Positions 10,862-23,441 of a stretch of DNA of 64,000 bases are shown here, piece after piece (the stretch's first letter is position 1; each line of letters starts with the position of its first letter). Below the pieces are notes generated by a model. That model was given only the letters and a program-made list of their open reading frames with translations. It had not been told where the DNA came from and searched no databases. Source of the DNA: an uncultured Actinomycetes bacterium. GTDB taxonomy: Bacteria; Actinomycetota; Thermoleophilia; RBG-16-64-13. The DNA is taken from assembly GCA_963706025.1 (NCBI GenBank), contig CAVPLM010000014.1, forward strand, positions 92,391-156,390. The letters run 5' to 3'. The translations under genes and the position numbers were made by a program.

Positions 10862-10918
10862 CGCATTTGGAAAACCTCGGCGCCCCCCAGGCGGGGATAG
10901 GGAGGTTTCATCCGCGAC

Positions 10919-10953
10919 CAAAGAGGAGTCCCACGCAAGGGGGCTCCTCTTTG
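10919..10953 (+). terminator. Stem-loop after athL/bthL, probable terminator
   Basis: CAAAGAGGAGTCCC...GGGGCTCCTCTTTG 14-bp stem. Confidence 0.65.
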
Positions 10954-11210
10954 TGGTATATGCAGTCACCGCGCACATCTGGCGCCTCGAACCTGATGCC
11001 TCAAACAGGAGCCATGTCAGGGTCGCCAACCCGGGGAGTGAGAAAGCGGGGGGCGATCGAGGCTGACCTTGCCGCCACCGGCAGAATGCCGCCGGCGTTT
11101 CCTGTAGTTGTCACCCCAGTGGGTGAAGTCGCCGAGATGGTGTCCGCCGTCTGCATGGCCTTCGCCGGTGCCGACCTTTCTGGTGAACTGCGGCGGATGT
11201 TCAGTCAACC

Positions 11211-11278
11211 TTGACAAAACGCTTCCTACGTAGGATAGTGGAATCGTTCGACGATACAAGTGTATTGACTAATGATAC
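11211..11278 (+). promoter_or_regulatory. Sigma70-type promoter with tandem 17-bp operator boxes
   Basis: TTGACA-N17-GATAGT; palindrome TCCTACGTAGGA at 11224-11235; boxes at 11241-11257 and 11262-11278. Confidence 0.6.
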
Positions 11279-11300
11279 GCTCCTAGGGGGGACCTGGGTC

Positions 11301-12393
11301 ATGCGAGCAGCAGGCCGTTTCGTCGTAGAAGCTCACGGCCACATCACCACGCTCTACAAGTCCAAAGGGAAGCCCCCGGGTGACTACTTCGGCGGGCTCA
11401 CCAACAGTTTCAGCGAAGGCGAAGTGGAGTACTTCGACAACTCGCCGCTCACGCTCTACGACATGGAGCGCTACGGCGTGGACATGGTCCTGCTCAAGCC
11501 CAGCCAGGTGGGCAACACCAACGAGAGCCACGCCGAGCTGGTCGATCGGTACCCGGACAAGTTCCGGGCCTTCTGCTCCGACGGCAAGCTGAGGATCAAG
11601 TGCTCCCGGGGCGAGGCCAAATGGAACCTGGACGACGCCGCCCAGGAGGTCGAGGCCGCTCTCAAGACCGGCAAGTTCATCGGTATCGGGGAGTTCGTCC
11701 CCCGGGACATGGACGAGAAGAAGGTCTACACCTACGCCGAACGGCTGAACGAGTACCGCACCTTCTGTGAACTCGCCCAGAAGTACGGGGTGTCCATCGA
11801 CTTCCACGATTTTGCCTGGGGCTTCGAGTGGGACTTCTATGCGCTGCTCACCCGGCTGTCCATGGAGTACCCGGACGTCCCCATCATCTTCAACCACGGC
11901 GGCTACTCCATCGGGTCCTATATAGAGGGGGCCGACGTCGTCCGCAAGGCCTGCGTGGTGGCCGGCCGGGCCATAGGCCCCGGCGGGAGCAACGTCTACC
12001 TCGAGACCGGGTCCTGGCCCGCCGAGTACTACGAGATAGCCCTCAAGGACCCCAACGTCGGCGTCACCCAGCTCATCTGGGGCGGGGACTACGGCCACGT
12101 GCCCCAGTACATCCTGGGCAACAAAGGCGGTGATCCGCCCACCTTCTCCACCGCTATGAAGCGTTGGCCGCGGGTACCTACCTACCAGATCGACTGGTGG
12201 GGATGGTCGCTTGCACCAGATCGACCGGCTGCGCGACTGGGTCACCCAGGACGAGATCAACCTGATCCTGGGCGGCAACGCCGCCCGCATCTGGGACCTG
12301 CCCGTGCCGCACGAGCGCATGTTCATGAGCGGCCGCCCCGACGTCTGGGGCATCCACTGGGAGGAGTCGGTGCCGAAGCCGGACAAGGCCTGA
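11301..12393 (+). CDS. Amidohydrolase_2 family protein (frameshift near 12210)
   Basis: EAHGH, GIGEF, NVYLETG, WGGDYG and ILGGNAARI. Confidence 0.82.
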
Positions 12394-12455
12394 GGTCGGG
12401 GCGGGAAGATGTCGCCGGCTGAGCCGCAACTACGCAGGGCCGGAGGAGACAGGGA

Positions 12456-13414
12456 ATGATCTCCTACCTCATCCGCAGGGTGGTGCAGGCGATCGCTCGT
12501 CGTCCTGCTGGCCTCGTTCCTGGTGTTCGGCATCATGCACTGGCTGCCCGGCGATCCCATCCTGATCTATGTGACGTCGGACTCGTACAAGCAGTACACC
12601 GCCGAAGAGATCGAAGAACTTCGTCACCAGTACGGCTTGGACCGGCCCGTGATCGTGCAGTACGTCGATTGGCTCGGCGGCGTCTTCACCGGCGATTTCG
12701 GCAAGTCGATCACCCGCGGAACGTCGGTCGCCGACGATCTGGCCCGGGCACTACCTGATCACCCTGTACTACGGTCTGACCGCCTTCATCTTCGCCCATC
12801 TGATCGGAATACCGCTGGGGATCGTCTGCGCGCTCCGACGAGGGAAGTGGCTGGACAGCATGATCACCGCGCTGGCCAACGTCGGGATGACGCGTGCCCA
12901 TCTTCTGGCTGGGGATAATCCTCATCTACGTCTTCAGTCTCAAGCTGGGCTGGCTGCCCGTCGGCGGCTACACGTCCCCCACTGAGGACCTGGCGATGAG
13001 TCTGAAGCAACTCATCATGCCTGCCTTCTGCCTGGCTCTCGGGCCGCTGGCCGGGTCCACGCGGCAGACGCGTTCGGCCATGCTCGATGTGATCCATCAG
13101 GACTAGTGCGAACGGCCTGGGCAAAGGGACTCAGGGAACGGGCCGTGGTCAGCCGCCACGTGATAAAGAACGGCATCCTGCCGGTGGTCACTCTGTCAGG
13201 GATGGCCATCCCCATGGTGATCGGCGGGTCGGTGCTGGTTGAGAACGTCTTCAGCATCCCCGGTATGGGAAACCTGGCGACCACAGCCCTCTTCAACAAG
13301 GACTATGCCGTCGTCCAAGGAGTCGTCCTCATCGTGGCCATCATCGTCGTCTTCTCGAATCTCCTGGTGGACATCTCCTATGGCTATCTCGACCCCCGAG
13401 TGAGGGTGGGTTGA
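12456..13414 (+). CDS. Peptide/nickel ABC permease, DppB-like (frameshifted)
   Basis: LPGDP, GLDRP...QYVDWL, RTAWAKGL and VENVFSIPGMG. Confidence 0.9.
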
Positions 13415-14308
13415 GAGCCGGGGCGGTAATAGCCCCGGGGGCCGCTGCTGCTTCCGCCGGCGAATGAGCACCGGCCGGCTTGGCGGTACATCTTCTCCTC
13501 CACCGGGGTCTCTTCATGTTCGGCGCGGTGGTGATCGTCTTGCTGGTGTTGGTGGCCGTCTTCGCCCCGCTCATTGCTCCCTATGATCCATACGCGCCAG
13601 ACATGCAGAACTCCCTCGCGCCGCCCTCGGCCGACCACTGGCTGGGCACCGATCGCCCTCGGCCGGGATACTCTCAGCCGCCTGATATACGGCTCTCGTA
13701 CCTCTCTGGTCGTGGGTCTCAGCGCCGTCGCGGCGGCTCTGATGCTGGGCGGGCTGCTGGGGACTGCAGCCGGCTTCCTTGGCGGCGGGGTTCAGACCGT
13801 CATCATGCGGGTGGTCGACACTCTCATGGCGATACCCATGTTGCTTCTTGCCCTTACCTTGGCTGCAGTCCTCGGCGGCGGCCTGAAGAACGTGGTCATC
13901 GCCATCTCCATAAGCATGATCCCGCCCTTTGCCCGCCTGATGTGCGCTCAGACTCTGACCATCAAGGAGAGGGACTATGTAGCCTCCCTGCGCAGCATGG
14001 GCGCGACGCGGGCGACGGTGTTCGGCCATGTCATGCCCAACGCCTACCCGGCCGTCCTCGTCTTCGGCACCATGATGATCGGCAGCGCCATCCTGGGTGA
14101 GGCCGGTCTCAGCTACCTCGGTATCGGCATCACTCCACCTGGGGCGGCCTGGGGCGCCATGGTCGCCGCCGGGTTTCCCTACCTGCTCACCAACCCTTGG
14201 ATGTCGATAGCTCCCGGGGTCTGCATCATGCTCGTTGTCTTCGCTTTCAACATGGTGGGTGACGGGCTGCGGGACGCGCTCGACCCCCGCCTGAGGGGGA
14301 CGATGTGA
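13411..14308 (+). CDS. Peptide/nickel ABC permease, DppC-like (frameshifted)
   Basis: HWLGTD, GRDTLSRLIYG, EAGLSYLG and GDGLRDALDP. Confidence 0.9.
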
Positions 14309-15331
14309 GCCACCCGGGCAACACGCCGCTGCTCGAGGTCCGCGACCTACGCGTGGAGTTCCGGACACCTCATTGGCACCGTGCAGGCGGTGGATGGTCT
14401 CTCCTACACGGTATACGAGAACGAGATCGTCGGCATGGTGGGCGAGTCAGGCTGTGGCAAGTCGGCCAGCCAGTTGGCCGTGATGCAGCTCATCCAGAGC
14501 CCGCCCGGCTTCATCAGCGGGGGAGAGGTTATCTTCGGGGGGAAAGACCTCCTCCGCTACAAACGCAACGGTCCGGAGATGCGCGCGGTCCGAGGAGGCC
14601 AGATCGCCATGATCTTCCAAGAGCCAATGACTTCGCTCAACCCCGTCTTGACGATAGGCGACCAACTGGTCGAAGCCGTCCGGGTGCACTGCGGCCTTAG
14701 GAGGCCAGAGCGGCAAAGCGCGGGCGATAGAACTTCTCAAGATGGTAGGCATTCCCGCGGCTGAGCGCCGGGTGAACGACTACCCTCATCAGTTCTCGGG
14801 CGGGATGTGCCAGCGCGTGATGATCGCCATGGGTCTCTCCTGCGGCCCGCAACTGCTCATCGCGGATGAACCTACCACTGCCCTCGATGTCACCACCCAG
14901 GCTCAGATGCTCGAGCTCATGAAGAGGCCTGGTCCAGAGAGCTCGAACACCTCCCTGGTCATCGTCACCCACAACCTGGGAGTGGTGGCCCGATACGTCC
15001 AGAGGATCTACGTGATGTATGCCGGACGTGTCGTCGAAGAAGGGACCACGAAGGAGATCTTCGGCCGGCCTCGCCATCCTTACACGTTGGGGCTCCTCAG
15101 GTCGGTGCCCCGGCTGGACGAGACGAGGGCAGCCGACTGGTGCCCATCGATGGCATGCCGCCCAATCTCATCGATATGCCGGGTACCTGCGCCTTTCTGC
15201 CCCGATGCCCTTACAGCATCGATCGCTGCCGAACCGACCCCTGGCCCGACCTCACTTCTGTGGAAGATGGTCATCGTATCCGTTGCTACGTCGATCTGGA
15301 GACTCGTCCAGTTGAACACGCGCTTGCCTGA
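14305..15331 (+). CDS. Peptide ABC ATP-binding protein, DppD-like (frameshifted)
   Basis: [30 protein letters not shown] and C-terminal CAFLPRCPY. Confidence 0.9.
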
Positions 15332-16309
15332 CCAAGAAGAGGTCCTTCGCCTCGTCGACCTGGAGGTTTCACTTCCCCATCACGAGGGGGGTGTGGAGGC
15401 GCAAGGTCGGGACGGTGAAGGCTGTGGATGGGGTGAGATCTCACCGTGAAGCGAGGCGAGACCCTAGGCCTGGTGGGCGAATCGGGCTGCGGCAAGACCA
15501 CTATCGGCCGCTCGGTCATCCGTCTCTACAAACCGACCTCCGGCCAAGTGTGGTTCGAAGGCCAGGACATAAGCCGTCTTGGCGAGCGGGCTTTGCGGCC
15601 TATCCGTCGCCGCATGAGCCTCATATTCCAGGATCCCAGCGGGTCCCTGGACCCCAGGAAGAGTGCCGGCTCGATCGTGGGCGAACCTCTGAGAATCCAC
15701 AAGTTGGTGAACGGCCGGCGGTCCTACGACGAGAGAGTGGAAGAGCTCTTCCGGCTGGTCGGGCTCGATCCTTCGATGATCGACCGGGTTCCCCACGAGT
15801 TCTCCGGCGGCCAACGGCAACGGATCGGGATCGCTCGGGCACTGGCCTGCGACCCTTCCCTGATCATCTGTGACGAGCCGGTTTCGGCTCTGGACGTTTC
15901 CATGCAGGCTCAGATCATGAACCTGCTTCAGGATCTCCAGGAAGGGTTGGGCGGCCTCGCCTACATCTTCATCGCGCACGACCTGTCGGTCGTGCGGCAC
16001 GTGAGCGACCGGGTGGCCGTGATGTACTTGGGACGGATCGTGGAGTTGACCGAGTCCCGTATGCTCTACAGCGCTCCCCGCCACCCCTACACCAAGGCTT
16101 TGCTTGCTGCGGTGCCGATTCCTGACCCGTTCGTTGAGGAGACCCGGGAGCATACCGTCCTACGAGGGGAGATACCGAGTCCCCTGAGCCCACCGGAGGG
16201 GTGCACGTTCCATCCCCGTTGCTCGTACTGCGATCCAGCCTGCAAGACGCAGGTGCCTCAGCTCCGCGAGGTCGCTGAGGGCCACTACGTTTCGTGTTTG
16301 CTCGCCTAG
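15324..16309 (+). CDS. Peptide ABC ATP-binding protein, DppF-like (5' frameshifts)
   Basis: [25 protein letters not shown] and GCTFHPRC. Confidence 0.9.
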
Positions 16310-16424
16310 CTGCCGAGCGAGGAAGGAGGGGGTAGGAGCCAGGAAGCCAGCGAGTGTCGACTTTGAGTTCCTCCGGCCGTTCGAGAGGCCGGACGGGGAA
16401 GGGCAACACAAGAGGAGGAAAGCA

Positions 16425-18178
16425 ATGCGAAAGACTATTTGGTTGGTGCTTGTAGCCGTGTTGGTCCTCGGGCTGGTCGCGGCCGTGGCCGTAGGCTGCG
16501 ACGACGATGAGGGCACCACAACCACCAGCGCCGCCGGCACCGAGACCACTGCGGCACCCAGTAGCGAGACCACCGCGGCGCCCAGCACCGAGACGACCGT
16601 AGCTGAAGGCGAGCCGGTCATGGGCGGCATCGTCAAGACCGGCACCGTTTCACGCCCTGCCAAGTTTGGATTCCCTCCCACGGTTTTCGGGCCCGACCAG
16701 TGGTTCGAGGGCCTGTTCCTGGAGATGATGTTCAATCCCACCGATCAGATCGACGTCTACACTCCCGCTCTGGCAGAGAGCTGGGAACTCACGCCCGACA
16801 AGTCCGCCTACATCTTCAAACTCCGCCAGGGCGTGAAGTTCCACGACGGCACGGATTTCAACGCGGCGGCATGTAAGTTCTGCTGGGAACTGGCGATGGG
16901 CTCCCCGCCTGCCGCCCCGCCCGGCCCACCGCCCGGCGAGGGTGGACCGCCGCCCAGCGAGGGGACCGCGCCGGTGGACCGCCGCCCGGTGGGCCGCCCG
17001 CCGGCCCGCCCCCGGACTTCGCCTTCGTGGACTCGATCGAGGTAGTAGACGACTACACGGTCAAGGTCAACCTGAAATCCTGGAGCAACCAGGTCCTGCC
17101 GTTCATCGGCCGCAAGTCCTGGGCTGTGTTCTCCCCGACCGCATTCGAGAAGAACGGCGCCGAATGGATGAACACCAATCCGGTGGGCACCGGCGCCTTC
17201 ATGCTCAAGTCTTTCACCCCTGACCAGAAGATGGTGCTCGAGAAGAACCCGAACTACTGGGGCAAGGACGCCCAAGGCCGGCAGTTGCCGTACCTGGACG
17301 GTGTCGAGATCCAAGTTTTCGGCGACCCCAGCACCATGACCATGGCCCTGCAGGCCGAACAGATCGATGGCACCGACCAGGTGAGCCTCGTCGGCGCCCA
17401 GCAACTGCAGAACGACTCCAAGTTCATCCTCAGCAGCTTCGGCGGACCGGTCCTGATGTTGGAGATGAACACTACGGATCCGGCTTCCGTGTGGAGCGAC
17501 ATCAAAATGCGACAGGCGCTGGAATACGCCCTCGACAAGGAAGGGATGGCCAAATCGGTGGGGATGGGTTTCACCCCCGCTGTTTACACGGTGATCCACA
17601 GCGTCGCCGACGTTGTCGATCCGGGCACCACGCCGCGCACCTACGATCCGGAGAAGGCTAAGTCTCTGATGGCCGAGGCTGGTCATCCCACGGTGGAATT
17701 CACGCTCAGCTATGACACGAACAGGACGGACCCCGGCATGGCTGAAGCAGTCCAGGCGAACCTGGCCGCCGTCGGGATGACCGTCAAGCTGAACGGGATG
17801 AACACGGGGGCCTTTGCCGCAATCAGCACCACGGTGCCCCAGGGCAACGACATGATATTCCAGGGCCTGCGCGGTAGTTCCCCGAACGTCCTGCAGGGGG
17901 CCATCGAGATGTACGGCAAAGGGACCATCTACTTCCCGGCTGCCAACTTCCCTGCGGACTTCTACACGCTCATGGATAAGGCGCAGACCCATCCGAGCAT
18001 CGCCGACGCGAACCCCGACATCGCCCAGATGGAAAAGGTCGCCTACGACGATGCGCAGGTCTGCCCCATCACCATGGCGGCTTTCATCGCGGTGACCGGA
18101 CCAAAACTGAAGAACATGGAATGGCACCTCGGCAATACTCCGACCCCGTGGTTCAACGAGGCTTGGCTGGCCCCATGA
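16425..18178 (+). CDS. ABC substrate-binding lipoprotein, family 5 (frameshift in Pro-rich insert)
   Basis: Lipobox VAVGC, T/A/E-rich linker, LAESWE, LRQGVKFHDGT and PVGTGAF. Confidence 0.9.
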
Positions 18179-18213
18179 TTTAGAGGCATAGCTGTCTTTT
18201 AGAGTGGTTGCGA

Positions 18214-18244
18214 CGCCCGGCAGCAGCGGCGCTGCTGCCGGGCG
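18214..18244 (+). terminator. GC-rich hairpin downstream of the SBP gene
   Basis: CGCCCGGCAGCAGCG-G-CGCTGCTGCCGGGCG perfect inverted repeat. Confidence 0.6.
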
Positions 18245-18314
18245 CCCGCTCCGACGCAGAAAACCGCCGAATCACGCTCCGAACATGAAGGGCGTACGGC
18301 CCGAGGAGACAGAA

Positions 18315-19947
18315 TTGACCGTATCAGTCATCACACGATCCATGGAGGCGGATGTCCTTGTGATCGGCGGCGGACTCGCCGGCTGCACGGCGGCCATCCA
18401 CGCCCGCGCACGGGGTGCCTCCGTCATCCTTGTCGACAAGGGCTACGTGGGCAAGTCGGGCCAGACGCCGTTCGCCGGGAGCTACTGCGTGTTCAACCCG
18501 GAGTGGGGCGACGATCTGGAAGCTTGGATGGATCAGATCAACACGTACTCCGATCATCTCAACAACCGAGTCTGGACCGAACTCTGCTTCAAGGAGTCGC
18601 ATGCCCGCTTCGAGGAACTCTCGGCTTGGGGAGTGCGGTTCGAGCAAGACCCGTCGGGACGGCTACGCCGGGGAGGCACACCGTTGGGGCCCTGCAGGGC
18701 GCTTAGCATGGAGGTCCGCGAGCCCTCCATGATCCTGCGCCGCAAGGTCCTCGAGAGTGGCACTACGGTCCTCGACAGGGTCATGGTGGCCGAGCTCCTT
18801 ACCAGGGACGGCGCGGTCATCGGGGCCGCCGGCATCCCCATGGACGCCGAGGAAGTGCTCGTGTTCAGCGCCAAAGCCGTGGTACTCGCGGCCGGGGCCG
18901 GCGGGTTCAGACCGACCAACTGGCCGATCAACAACCTCACCTCCGACGGCGACTGCATGGCCTACCGGTTGGGTGCCGAGATCACCGGAAAGGAGTTCGC
19001 CGACCCTCACGCGGGTTTCGGCGACCGGGCCGGGCACATGGGCTTCGGGCGGTACGGCCGCGTCCCCGAGGGCGGAAGGCCTCGGATGGGACGCCGGGTC
19101 AACGCCGAGGGCGACCCGGTGGGCTCCGCCGGCACTCTCTTTCTGGACCTTGATTTCGAAGCCCACGCCGGGCGAGCCCCTATCTACGTGGAGTACGAAG
19201 GCGGAGAACGCCATCCGGTCGTCGGCGGGGCCGCCTCGGGGATGTCCACTCACAAGGCAGAAGGGGTGTGGCCGGCCGACACCGACTGCTCGTCGAACAT
19301 ACCCGGTCTGTTCGCCGCGGGTGACTCCCTCGGCACGATGCAATCGGGAGCCACCTACGCCGCCATCGGCCAATCGGTGCTCGGTTGCTCGGTCACGGGA
19401 ACGCGGGCGGGCCTCGGGGCTGCGGCGTACGCCTCCCGGGTCGACGGGCGCCTCCCAGAAACAGGTGAGGTGGAGCGGGTGACCGAGGGTTTGGTCGCCG
19501 CCCCTCGAGCGTAAGGGCGGCTTCAGTGCCCGCTGGGTCACGCAGATGCTGCAGAACACCATGATCCCCTACTACGTGATGTACGTGAAGCATGGAGATC
19601 GCCTACGGGCGGCGCTCACCAACGTCGAGTTCTTCCGGGACCATCTGGGCCCCATGCTGTACGCGCGGGATCAGCACGAGCTGCGGATGGCGCATGAGAC
19701 GAAGAACATGATCTTGAACGCGGAGATGCGCCTGCGTGCTTCCCTCTACCGCACGGAGAGCCGGGGCTGCCATTACCGGGAAGACTACCCGCGTCGGGAA
19801 GACCCGGACTGGCTGGCCTGGGTGATCATCAAGAAAGGAGAAGACGGGCGGATGGAGCTCTTCAAGCGTCCGCTGCCCCAGGAATGGTGGCCGGATGTCT
19901 CCCAGCCCTACGAGAAGCGCTACCCGGTGAGGATGCCCGGTGAGTGA
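18315..19947 (+). CDS. FAD-binding oxidoreductase, SdhA/FrdA/AprA superfamily (frameshift near 19500)
   Basis: DVLVIGGGLAG, SDGDCMAYRLGA, PGLFAAGD and RTESRGCHYREDYP. Confidence 0.88.
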
Positions 19948-19997
19948 CACATGGAAGAAACCCGGCTCCCGACCAATCCGAGTTGAGGAATCAGCGC

Positions 19998-20219
19998 ATG
20001 GCAATTGAGAAGATCGACCAGGAGCTCTGCATAGGCTGCGGCGACTGTGTGAACAGCTGCCCCATGGACGTGATCCGGATGGATGAGGAGACCGGCAAGG
20101 CCGTCATCCGCTACGGCGAGGACTGCATGATCTGCGATCAGTGCGCGCTCGATTGTCCGGTGGACGCCATCACCGTGACGTCCTCGAAGACCTCGCCACT
20201 CACGCTGAGCTGGGGATAG
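19998..20219 (+). CDS. 2x[4Fe-4S] ferredoxin
   Basis: CIGCGDCVNSCP and CMICDQCALDCP. Confidence 0.92.
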   Translation: MAIEKIDQELCIGCGDCVNSCPMDVIRMDEETGKAVIRYGEDCMICDQCALDCPVDAITVTSSKTSPLTLSWG

Positions 20220-20234
20220 AGAAAGGGACCGGAA

Positions 20235-22020
20235 GTGAAAGAGACCTCGGTTGCATGCGATGTGCTGGTGATCGGCGGCGGCCTGGCCGGCTGCTTCGCC
20301 GCGGTCAAGGCGCGCGAGCAAGGGCTGGACGTGATCTTGGTCGACAAAGGATACGTGAGCCGCTCCGGGGAGACTCCCGATGCCGGCGACACCGCGGTGT
20401 TCGATCCGGCGTGGGGCCACGATCTCGAGCAGTGGCTCACCCAGGTCAGCGCCGTCGGCGAGTACGTCAACAACCGGCACTGGAACGAACTGGTCTTTCG
20501 TGACTCGCGGGAGCGGTTCGCCGATCTGCGCTCCTGGGGAGTCCGGTTTCTCGAGAAGGACGGCGAGCCCGTGCGGCTCGCCCATCCCCTGAAGAACACC
20601 AGCCTTCCCGATAGGGACAAGTTCCCTCCCCTGGTGAGCGAGGTGGTCCACTGGCTGCCGGGGTTCCCCGAGATCATCAGGAAGCACGTGCTGAAGAGTG
20701 GCGTGCGGATCGTGGACCGGTTCATGGTCACCGAACTCCTCTGCCAGGAAGGACGCGCGGTGGGGGCGGCCGGATTCGCCATCGAGGGGAACAAGCCCAG
20801 CGTGATCCAGGCGAAGGCGACCGTGGTTTCCGCCGGAGGAGGAGGTTTCCGGCCCATCGGCTATCCCACTCACGAGCTGACCGCCGACGGTCACGCTATG
20901 GCCTATAGGGCAGGGGCCGTCATAACCAGTAAGGAGTTCGTGAGCCCCCCATTCCACCAGCCCCGACCATCCGGCCTGGCCTCCGATGTACCTCTTCTTC
21001 TCGTCAGGGGGTTCGGCGGCTCTGCCCGGCTTCTGGGAGGACCCCAAGCTCTTCAACGCGCTGGGCGAAGAAGTACCGGCGCGCGGCATAGCCTGGCACG
21101 GGTGGCTTGACGCCGAGTACGAAGCCCACGAGGGACGGGCGCCTTTGGTGCGCGATCTGGGGCGACGGGGCCGGCAGCCGGTCAGCGGACCGGGGGCGCA
21201 CGGCTCCATGCTGGGGCATGCCACCGGAGGTATCTGTCCGGTGGACGACGATTGCGCCACTCACGTACCCGGTTTGTTCGCCGCCGGGGACAGCTGCGGT
21301 ACCTGCTTCATCGGGGCCTCCTATTCGGGCTTCGGCTTCGCCACCATGCACGCGGCCGCCACCGGGGCGCGTGCGGGCCTGGGAGCGGGCCGGGAGGCGG
21401 CGCAGACGGCGGCCGGCCGCGGCGGCTCTAGGCCCAGCCGGGCAGCGGCAGCCGACAGTGGGGCCGCCATGCTGGACAACCGTCTGGTGGCCGACGCCGT
21501 GGGCCGGGTACTGGCGCCGCTCGAGCGGAAAGGCGGTTTCAGCCCCCGCTGGGTGACGCAGGTTCTGCAGAACACCCTGGCTCCCTACTTCGTGCTCTAC
21601 GTGAAGAGAGGCGACCGGCTGCAGACGGCGCTGGATACGGTGGAGTACCTCCGCGACCACATGGTCCCGAAGCTCTACGCCCGCGATGACCACGAGCTCC
21701 GTCTGGCCCACGAGACCAGGAACATGGTAACGAACGCCGAGATGAAGCTCAGGGCTTCGCTCTTCCGCACCGAGAGTCGCGGGACCCACTACCGCGAGGA
21801 TCACCCCGGTCGGAACGACGAGGAATGGCTGGCCTGGGTCAGGTTGAAAGACGACGATGGTGCCATGGGGGCCTTCAAAGAGCCCATCCCCGCCGCATGG
21901 CACCCGGATCCGGCGAAGACCTACGAAGAGAGATACCCCATGCGCCTGCCGGGAGAGCCGACCGGGGCCGATAGGTCGCAGGGCGACCGGCCTGTCCCGC
22001 AGCCGGGAGAAGGGGGGTAG
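20235..22020 (+). CDS. FAD-binding oxidoreductase, SdhA/FrdA/AprA superfamily, paralog (frameshift near 20960)
   Basis: DVLVIGGGLAG, ADGHAMAYRAGA, PGLFAAGD and RTESRGTHYREDHP. Confidence 0.88.
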
Positions 22021-22025
22021 CGGCG

Positions 22026-22244
22026 ATGCCCATTGAGTCTATAGACCCTGTCATGTGCAACGGCTGCGGCATCTGCGTGCGCAACTGCCCCATGGACGTG
22101 ATCCGCATGGATAGGACGATTCGCAAGGCGCAGATCCGCTATCCGGAGGACTGTATGTTGTGCGGCCAGTGCTTGGAGTGCCCGGAGAAGGCCATCTACC
22201 TCAAGCCGGGGTTCCTGCAGCCCACGCTACTGGGCTGGGAGTGA
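22026..22244 (+). CDS. [4Fe-4S] dicluster ferredoxin
   Basis: CNGCGICVRNCP and CMLCGQCLECP. Confidence 0.9.
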   Translation: MPIESIDPVMCNGCGICVRNCPMDVIRMDRTIRKAQIRYPEDCMLCGQCLECPEKAIYLKPGFLQPTLLGWE

Positions 22245-22247
22245 ACC

Positions 22248-23417
22248 ATGGAGAAGCTTAGCTACCCCGTCACCGGCACCGGCATGAAGCGGTTCTACGG
22301 GCCCCGCGGGGAGATCGCGCGACCCGAGCCGGGAGAACCGTTCTACGGGCAGGACGCCTATTATCCGGGTCTGGAACCTTCCTATGAGGACAACGGCGAC
22401 GGCACGGTGTCGGATCTGCACACGGGCCTTGTGTGGCAGAAGACCACCGACGCCAAGCCCGACTCGCTCGAGGGGCGCATCACCTGGTACGAAGCCGAGG
22501 GCTACGCCCGCGACCTCAGGCTGGGAGGGTTCGACGACTGGCGGGTGCCCGGCATCAAGGAGCTGGTGTCGCTGGTCGACGCCAACGGCGCCATGATGAT
22601 CCACAAGCCCTACTTCGACGAGAGGTACTTCGATCTCACCTACGGCCCTAGCAACGTCGACGGCTACAGGGATATCGATTCCCAGCTCATCACCGGCACT
22701 TCCTATATCGCGAAATCTGTCCTGTTCTCGGATTGGTGGGTGGACTTCGGGGAGAAGCTGATCGAGCCCGGCAAGATGCACCTGGCGCCGACCTTTTTCG
22801 GCTACAACTTCACCGACGGCCGCATCAAGAGCTACCCGAAGGAGAACCACCCCTACAACGGGCTGCAGACGTGGTGCATCCGCTGCGTCCGAGGACCCGC
22901 CTACGGGGTGAACGACTTCGTCGACAACGGTGACGGGACCGTGAGCGACCGAGCGACGGGACTCATGTGGCAGAAGGCCGACGATGGCAAGGGGCGGACT
23001 GGAAGGAAGCGCTGGACTACGCGGAGCACCTGGAACTGGCCGGCTACGACGACTGGCGGCTCCCGAATCAGAAGGAGCTCCAAAGCATCGTCGACTACGA
23101 CTTCATCCCGGCGATCAATCTCGTCTTCCATGTGAGCGACCCCCGGGGCTGGTTCTGGAGCAGCACGCCCTTCATCGACATGCCCGGACAGGCGGTGTAT
23201 GTGGCGTTCGGCAAGGCGACGGGCAAGACTTCTGCGCGGCCGGAGGACGAATACGACGTGCACGGGGCCGGGGCGATGAGATCCGATCCGATGGTGGGGG
23301 ATCCCGCCTGCTTCCCGGAGGGACGGAGGTCCGCAGAGAGACACCGTGAGGATCTACAACTACGTCCGCGCGGTCCGGAACATCGGCGCGCCTCGGCGGC
23401 CTCGGCATCCCCACTAG
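22248..23417 (+). CDS. DUF1566 (Lcl C-terminal-like) two-domain protein (frameshifted)
   Basis: Two DNGDGTVSD..TGL.WQ...DDWR.P..KEL repeats; IRCVR and VRAVR ends. Confidence 0.82.
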
Positions 23418-23441
23418 CAGCTCGGAAAAGGAGAGACCACG

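Noticed and set aside
10954-11210. Structured intergenic region or ORF 10867-11214 as an ncRNA or gene
   Set aside because: No recognisable RNA family or protein motif; weak hairpins are expected at this GC content
13101-13110. In-frame TAG in dppB (GAC TAG TGC) as possible pyrrolysine read-through
   Set aside because: Restoring one base gives the conserved QDYVRTA; no pyl genes in the window
18315-22020. Calling the flavoproteins sdhA or aprA
   Set aside because: Partner subunits and diagnostic motifs are absent, so only the superfamily is supported
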